Positions 45,178 through 50,541 of a stretch of 50,541 bases of DNA are shown in pieces. Every line of letters starts with the position of its first letter. Position 1 is the first letter of the stretch. A program made the translations under genes and the position numbers. The stretch comes from Nemertoderma westbladi (Eukaryota; Animalia; Xenacoelomorpha): the NCBI GenBank assembly GCA_032718475.1, contig JAUCBJ010007534.1, forward strand, positions 1-50,541, written 5' to 3'. A model generated the notes under the pieces. It worked only from the letters and a program-made list of their open reading frames with translations. It searched no databases and was not told the DNA's origin.

Positions 45178-47549
45178 GGGGGTTGGATAGTAATTGGGTA
45201 TACATTTTTGAAGTGCAAAGTTGAAACAGAACACTAAGATTGCTTACCTTCATATTTTAACATAATGTGTATATATGATCAACAATTTGAAAAATATAAA
45301 AAAAAACTAAAAATTTCAAAGTTTTGCATTGTTTTTTCAAAAAATAGTGAAAATTGAAAAATTCTTAATAACGTTTGTAATAATTATCAGAATCGGCCAA
45401 AATTTGGGTTGAAGCATACGAGGTATCTTACCAACAATTGCAACTGACAGAATGTTGATATCTGGTCTGGAAGTACAAAAAGCACCAAAACGCACCATTT
45501 TTGACCAAAAATAGTGAAAAACTGCACAAATTTGGCACACTTTTGAAAAAATAAAGAGTTTAAAAAAGATAGATATAAAAAATTTGTCAGTTGTAATTGT
45601 TAAGAACCATGTAAGCATGAATCCTGCCAAAAATCAGCTCCTTATCATAATTTTTGGCAACGCTATTAAATTTTTTGTTTCAAAAAAGTAATTTAATTTT
45701 TTTGAAAAAATTTTTTTGAAATTTTTTTTTTAATGTTTAAAATTTATTAGACCAATTTTAATAATCGGTTATTATTTAAACCAAAATTTTCGTTAATATC
45801 AATTTAATTATTTAATTAATTTATTATGCATTGAATCAAATAAAACTAAATAAAAAAATTATTCAATTATATGAAGGCACCAGATGAATACGATTTCGTG
45901 GCAGGAGCTTCCCATTTCTTTGATGGCCTACAAACACTGCTCTTTGCCTTTCTCTTTAGGTTAACAACCTCAGCTCTACCTGCGAGTTTACCCTCATCTT
46001 CCTCTAGACCGAGTTTATTTAGAATTATTTGCTCCACCGAACATCCCCGATTATGTACTAATACAACATAGGACACATGAAACATGGCTGTTTTTAAGCC
46101 CACGAAGGTTTCTTTTGAGAGCCGTGTCCACAACCGCGAATGAATTGACTCATTGCGGTTTTTTGTAAGGCCAGGAATGTAATGACCTATAATTTCAACA
46201 GTTGTTAGACGTTGGTATACTGGCAAGATAAATTTCAAATTCTGCTTTATTGGGGTTTGTTTCTTGTAAGTGGGATCTTTGTTTTTATACTTACACCACT
46301 TGTCTTCCGGACAAAACTCGTGTTGCTTATCTAAATTATCCCCATGGTCAGAATAGTGATAAGCTGCAGCCATAATTTCGGTCTTTCCCTCATCAGTAAT
46401 GTTCGACATTTCAACTCCGGATATATTCTTTACAATCGTATTACTATTACGGTAATATGACTGCAGCTGGTGACATCGGCCATCAGTCAACCCACCCTTC
46501 CCTCCTAGTTTATGAATCTTACGAGCATTGGCAAGACCAGTATACAGTCGTTTTGCAACGTGGTTGATGCATTTTCTCTTTACAATTGTAACATGTTCAT
46601 CTTTGTATGGATCAGATTCCAGAAGAGACTTCATCACACTGCTATCACCGTCTGATACAACAGACTCATATACAAGATCATTAACAACAATTGATCGGTT
46701 GAACATTTTGATGGCTAAATGTGACTCCATGCCAGAACTTGATCCTGTGTAGTTGGCAGTGCAATCATGTTGTTCGATATCGTCACCTTCCTTGTGGCGG
46801 TTGCAAACCTGACAAAATTTATAACAAACATCAAAATCCATAACATGGTCGGTAAGTACTGAGATTATAAAGGCGGCCCCAATGAGAGATCGATGGCCCC
46901 TTGTCAACCATGTGCCATCAAAAGAGACACATGTGTGCCGTGAACCTTCCTTCGTTGCACAATTTCGTGCGTTTCCACGAGCAAGTAATTCTGTTGCCAT
47001 GGAGATGGTTTTAACATGGTCTCGCCAGGCTAAATTAACCACGGGAGATGGCAAAGACATTACTCTAGAGAAAGTTTCAGCATCGCCGTGGGTTCCACCA
47101 ACACATAGCCATGCCAGCACCGAACGAATATTGACATCCGCCGTTTTCCTACCAGGTGTAGTAACCGTACCGGTAATGAGGTTGCTTGTACCTGTATTAT
47201 AAGTCCATGCACAGAGATCGCATGAACCAATAAATGTTACATTATAACCGGCTTTGGCGGACTCTTTAACTGCAACAGTTCCATCACACGTCTTATTGTG
47301 AAGTTCCATAATAAGGTTTCTTATTATACTTGTGGCTACAATATTGTAACCATCCATGTATCCCGCCGATGGTAGTACTGTAAGATTCGCCGCTATTTCC
47401 GATGGTTCCCTATGTTTAAGTTTAATCTCGACTTTCTGGATATCCTGTCGCATAATACCTCCCCTAAACCCCTCAATCTTTCGTCCTGTCAACCTTGGCA
47501 TAGTTTAGAATAATCAAGTAAAAATTAATAATAAATCAATTGTCAATAC
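45178..47549 (-). mobile_element. Kolobok-type DNA transposon (the other end lies beyond the Copia insertion and the window edge)
   Basis: Begins TTAA|GGGGGTTGG, interrupting an AT-rich tandem repeat, and contains an intact transposase ORF. Confidence 0.65.
45867..47501 (-). CDS. DDE transposase, 544 aa (Kolobok/'Mutator-like' family)
   Basis: VSFDGTWLTRGHRS, KFCQVC, CTANYTGSSSGME, SDGDSS, KCINHVAKR, HEFCP..WC, NRNESIH. The ORF is uninterrupted. Confidence 0.9.
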   Translation of the reverse strand: MPRLTGRKIEGFRGGIMRQDIQKVEIKLKHREPSEIAANLTVLPSAGYMDGYNIVATSIIRNLIMELHNKTCDGTVAVKESAKAGYNVTFIGSCDLCAWTYNTGTSNLITGTVTTPGRKTADVNIRSVLAWLCVGGTHGDAETFSRVMSLPSPVVNLAWRDHVKTISMATELLARGNARNCATKEGSRHTCVSFDGTWLTRGHRSLIGAAFIISVLTDHVMDFDVCYKFCQVCNRHKEGDDIEQHDCTANYTGSSSGMESHLAIKMFNRSIVVNDLVYESVVSDGDSSVMKSLLESDPYKDEHVTIVKRKCINHVAKRLYTGLANARKIHKLGGKGGLTDGRCHQLQSYYRNSNTIVKNISGVEMSNITDEGKTEIMAAAYHYSDHGDNLDKQHEFCPEDKWCKYKNKDPTYKKQTPIKQNLKFILPVYQRLTTVEIIGHYIPGLTKNRNESIHSRLWTRLSKETFVGLKTAMFHVSYVVLVHNRGCSVEQIILNKLGLEEDEGKLAGRAEVVNLKRKAKSSVCRPSKKWEAPATKSYSSGAFI

Positions 47550-48393
47550 TGTGAGAGTAATATATGGTGAGGGGTTTTTAGGTGTACCGGTAGGTACCTG
47601 TTGTGTTATTGTGTTAGTATGTCTGTATGTGTACTGCTGCACTAAAGTGTTGAAGTAGTAAAATATAAGTCTGACAGTTGATGTAGTAAGTGAAACACGA
47701 TTGTATTTATTACCTAGTATTGGGCAATATATATTAGATTAAACAATGGTAGCAGAGCGTGTACAGTGATTTATACTGCGTACTGAAGAAGTTATATTAT
47801 CTGTCAGTCCGTTGTTGTTGATCAGAAGATGGTGCCGATTGCCGATGGTGGTACAGGTAGGCCCCTATGTCGCAGCCACAAACATTGACTGATTGAATAG
47901 GTCTACCTACTGACCTACTTACAGACCTGCTTATTGACCAAATGCAGGCAACATCAAACTTATAGTCAGTACACCGCACAACCGCAGTACTTGTTAACTA
48001 CATGATATTCAACTCCAATTCATTTCTACCAGAATGACTGAATGTTGAAATGGTAGGCTTCAATATTAACAATCTAACTCTATTATATAATATTGCTATA
48101 TTGCAGTATTGTATTTTAATGTATTACATGGCAGCATGGTATTCTACTATAATGACTGAATGCTGGAATGGTTGGCCTCAATAAATAAAAATAATTTATT
48201 CTATAGGTTTACCCTAATAAGAATCAGAGAATAGGCCTAGGCTTTAGGCTAACGAGTTAGAAGACAGGCCTTGTTACCACATTAAATTACCGGTACCGAT
48301 TATTCAATTATTACGACAGGCCTCTGTCTGGCAGCCAGATTTTGGTTGTGGCTGAACTGCTGAAATCATTTGTAATTTTTGATTAAAACAAAA

Positions 48394-50025
48394 ATGGCTG
48401 AAAAGTCAACACTAACAGTACCTCCTATTCTACCGGAGAAAGATCCAAATTATGAGGAATGGAAGAAACTTCTAAGGATGTGGGCAATATTTACATCATT
48501 AACAAAAAATAAACAAGCACCAGCGATATTAGTTCATTCATTAAAGGGTGAAGCATTGTCTTTGGCATTGTCGATTCCAGAGGAAAATTTAAATCATGCA
48601 GATGGTGTTAGTAATTTGTTAGTGGAACTCGATTCACTTTTTGAGAAGGATAAAGATGTGAAGGGATTTGAAGCGTTTAAACTTCTAATATCTTTTAAAC
48701 GAGTTGCAAAATCAGCTTTAGAATACTGCTCAGAATATAAAAGATTGCGGCGAAAAGCAAATGAATATCAAATTGAAATTTCAGATACCACATTTGCGTA
48801 TATGTTACTTGATAATTGTGGTTATCCAGAAACTCAAAAGATGCTGATTTTATCAGTGGCACTAAGTCAGTCTCATGGAACCCTTTCACCAGAAAATATT
48901 GAAAATGCACTTCGTCGAATTGTTAGCGATCATCGACAACCTTCAATTGCTCAATCTAATGATCAAGAAGCTTTGGCCACAGGTACATTGACTGATAAAA
49001 ACATTGAATGTGTAGTTCGAGATGAACACTATAATAATAATATAAATGTAGCAACAGAAGATCTCAATAATGAGGAGATCTTTACTATTGACGATCTCTC
49101 TTCTGGTGAGAAAGATGAAATTGTACAGTGTGCTTTAGCAACTTGGAATGGAAAACCTGGGATTTATCGTCCACGATTTGCAGATAGACGACCACAAAGT
49201 GCGGCAAATATGAGTTCTAACTGGCGAATGGATGGAGCAACGCGAAATTGGAACATGGCCCGGGGTGGTACAGGAAATTACAAACCTTCCATGAATCCCA
49301 GGGATATTCAAACAGGTGATCATATGCGTTGTTACTTATGTGGAAGTCGCTTTCATTTAATGGCTTCTTGTACAAAGAAGAAGTCACCTGGAACAATTAG
49401 TAAAAATATTGAGACTAATATGATGGTGGAAGATAGTACTTTATCTGAATCTGTTGAGCAAGTTTTTGCCTTAGAAAGTTCTGATTGTAATTCTTTTAAC
49501 GATTGTAATGTTGCTATTATTGACTCTGCAGCAACCAAAACTGTCTGTGGAGATCAATGGTATAGACAATATGTTACAAGTGTTAGTTGTCAGAATGAAA
49601 AAAACTTTCCAAAAATATTACCCTCTAAGTCAGTTTACAAATTTGGCAATGGAGGAATTAAAAATGCCATGTTTAGTGCTGCAATACCGGTAAATTTTTT
49701 TGGGAAGTCTATGATTCTATTAACTGATGTTGTTACAGGGGGGTGCCCTTTGTTATTAAGCCGCACTTCCTTAGAGAAAATAGGCTTGGTTATCGATTTT
49801 TCATCCAAGTGTGGATCAATCCTAGGAATTCAAGTGTGTTTTCCTCAAACAGCTAATGGACATTTTTGTATTCCATTAACAAATCAACAGAAAATGATCG
49901 ATGGAATAAAATCAAGAAACCAAAAATCTGATAAATGCGTTAATAATCAGGATAATAAGCAGGATCAAGTGTTGATTATACTTTATTTGTTAAATCTATA
50001 CTTGGTAAAATCGGTATTAAGGTGA
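48394..50025 (+). CDS. Copia Gag + aspartic protease
   Basis: YEEWKKLLRMW..T.L...QAPA..SLKGEA (GalEa-like gag), CYLCGSRFHLMASC knuckle, AIIDSAATKTVCG protease, CPLLLS. Confidence 0.9.
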   Translation: MAEKSTLTVPPILPEKDPNYEEWKKLLRMWAIFTSLTKNKQAPAILVHSLKGEALSLALSIPEENLNHADGVSNLLVELDSLFEKDKDVKGFEAFKLLISFKRVAKSALEYCSEYKRLRRKANEYQIEISDTTFAYMLLDNCGYPETQKMLILSVALSQSHGTLSPENIENALRRIVSDHRQPSIAQSNDQEALATGTLTDKNIECVVRDEHYNNNINVATEDLNNEEIFTIDDLSSGEKDEIVQCALATWNGKPGIYRPRFADRRPQSAANMSSNWRMDGATRNWNMARGGTGNYKPSMNPRDIQTGDHMRCYLCGSRFHLMASCTKKKSPGTISKNIETNMMVEDSTLSESVEQVFALESSDCNSFNDCNVAIIDSAATKTVCGDQWYRQYVTSVSCQNEKNFPKILPSKSVYKFGNGGIKNAMFSAAIPVNFFGKSMILLTDVVTGGCPLLLSRTSLEKIGLVIDFSSKCGSILGIQVCFPQTANGHFCIPLTNQQKMIDGIKSRNQKSDKCVNNQDNKQDQVLIILYLLNLYLVKSVLR

Positions 50026-50249
50026 AGTCTAATAAACTCTACACAGACAGCAAGGGACTATATGACAATTTAAATACTGTCATTAATGAACCCGCAGAGA
50101 AACGCTTGAAAATAGAACTCTCAGTAATTCGGCAAACAATGAAAACTGAAGGAATTCAACTTCACCTAATAAACACTAGAAATAATTTGGCTGATGTGCT
50201 CACTAAAGAGCGTCCCGGATTTGAACTGCTATCTTTACTTGAGAACTGA
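50022..50249 (+). pseudogene. Copia RNase H C-terminal remnant
   Basis: YTDSKGLYD...EKRLKIELSVIRQ...NLADVLTK. Confidence 0.88.
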
Positions 50250-50541
50250 ATGGGAAAAAAAAAAAAGAAGAAAGAAAAAAGTGATTTTAGATCGAGTTAT
50301 AGACTCAAGTTAGAAATTATATAGAACTAAAAGAAAAGAGAATATATCTAATGTGAGAGTAATATATGGTGAGGGGTTTTTAGGTGTACCGGTAGGTACC
50401 TGTTGTGTTATTGTGTTAGTATGTCTGTATGTGTACTGCTGCACTAAAGTGTTGAAGTAGTAAAATATAAGTCTGACAGTTGATGTAGTAAGTGAAACAC
50501 GATTGTATTTATTACCTAGTATTGGGCAATATATATTAGAT

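Larger units (their letters stand above)
47550..50541 (+). mobile_element. Ty1/Copia (GalEa-like) LTR retrotransposon lacking integrase and RT
   Basis: 5' LTR 47550-47745 (TG..CA). 3' LTR from 50352, identical over the 190 bp visible. PBS TGGTAGCAGAGCGTG (initiator tRNA-Met) at 47747. Purine tract before the 3' LTR. Confidence 0.93.

Overview
AT-rich eukaryotic (probably invertebrate) heterochromatin-like DNA with no recognisable host gene. It is a dense mosaic of nested transposons: RTE and CR1/L2-type LINE pieces, tRNA-derived SINEs, pogo/Tigger, Sola1-like, piggyBac, P-element, hAT/hATm, Kolobok-type, Helitron/Crypton-like non-autonomous elements, two BEL/Pao elements and one Copia (GalEa-like) LTR element. 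It also holds two RNA-virus fossils. One is a partiti-like dsRNA virus capsid gene, split by a 16.7-kb hATm with an 8-bp TSD (TTCCTCAT) and rejoinable at 21247-21336 + 38096-39120. The other is a chuvirus-like L polymerase fragment at about 42.8-44.5 kb. With the later insertions removed, the identifiable fragments from 20 to 45 kb form a string of short, unrelated TE and viral pieces on the + strand, which suggests a piRNA-cluster-like trap locus. Other oddities: a nested BEL element flanked by a 202-bp duplication instead of a TSD, and two young LTR elements that keep gag-protease but lack RT and most or all of integrase. All family assignments come from motif recognition by eye, not from database searches.
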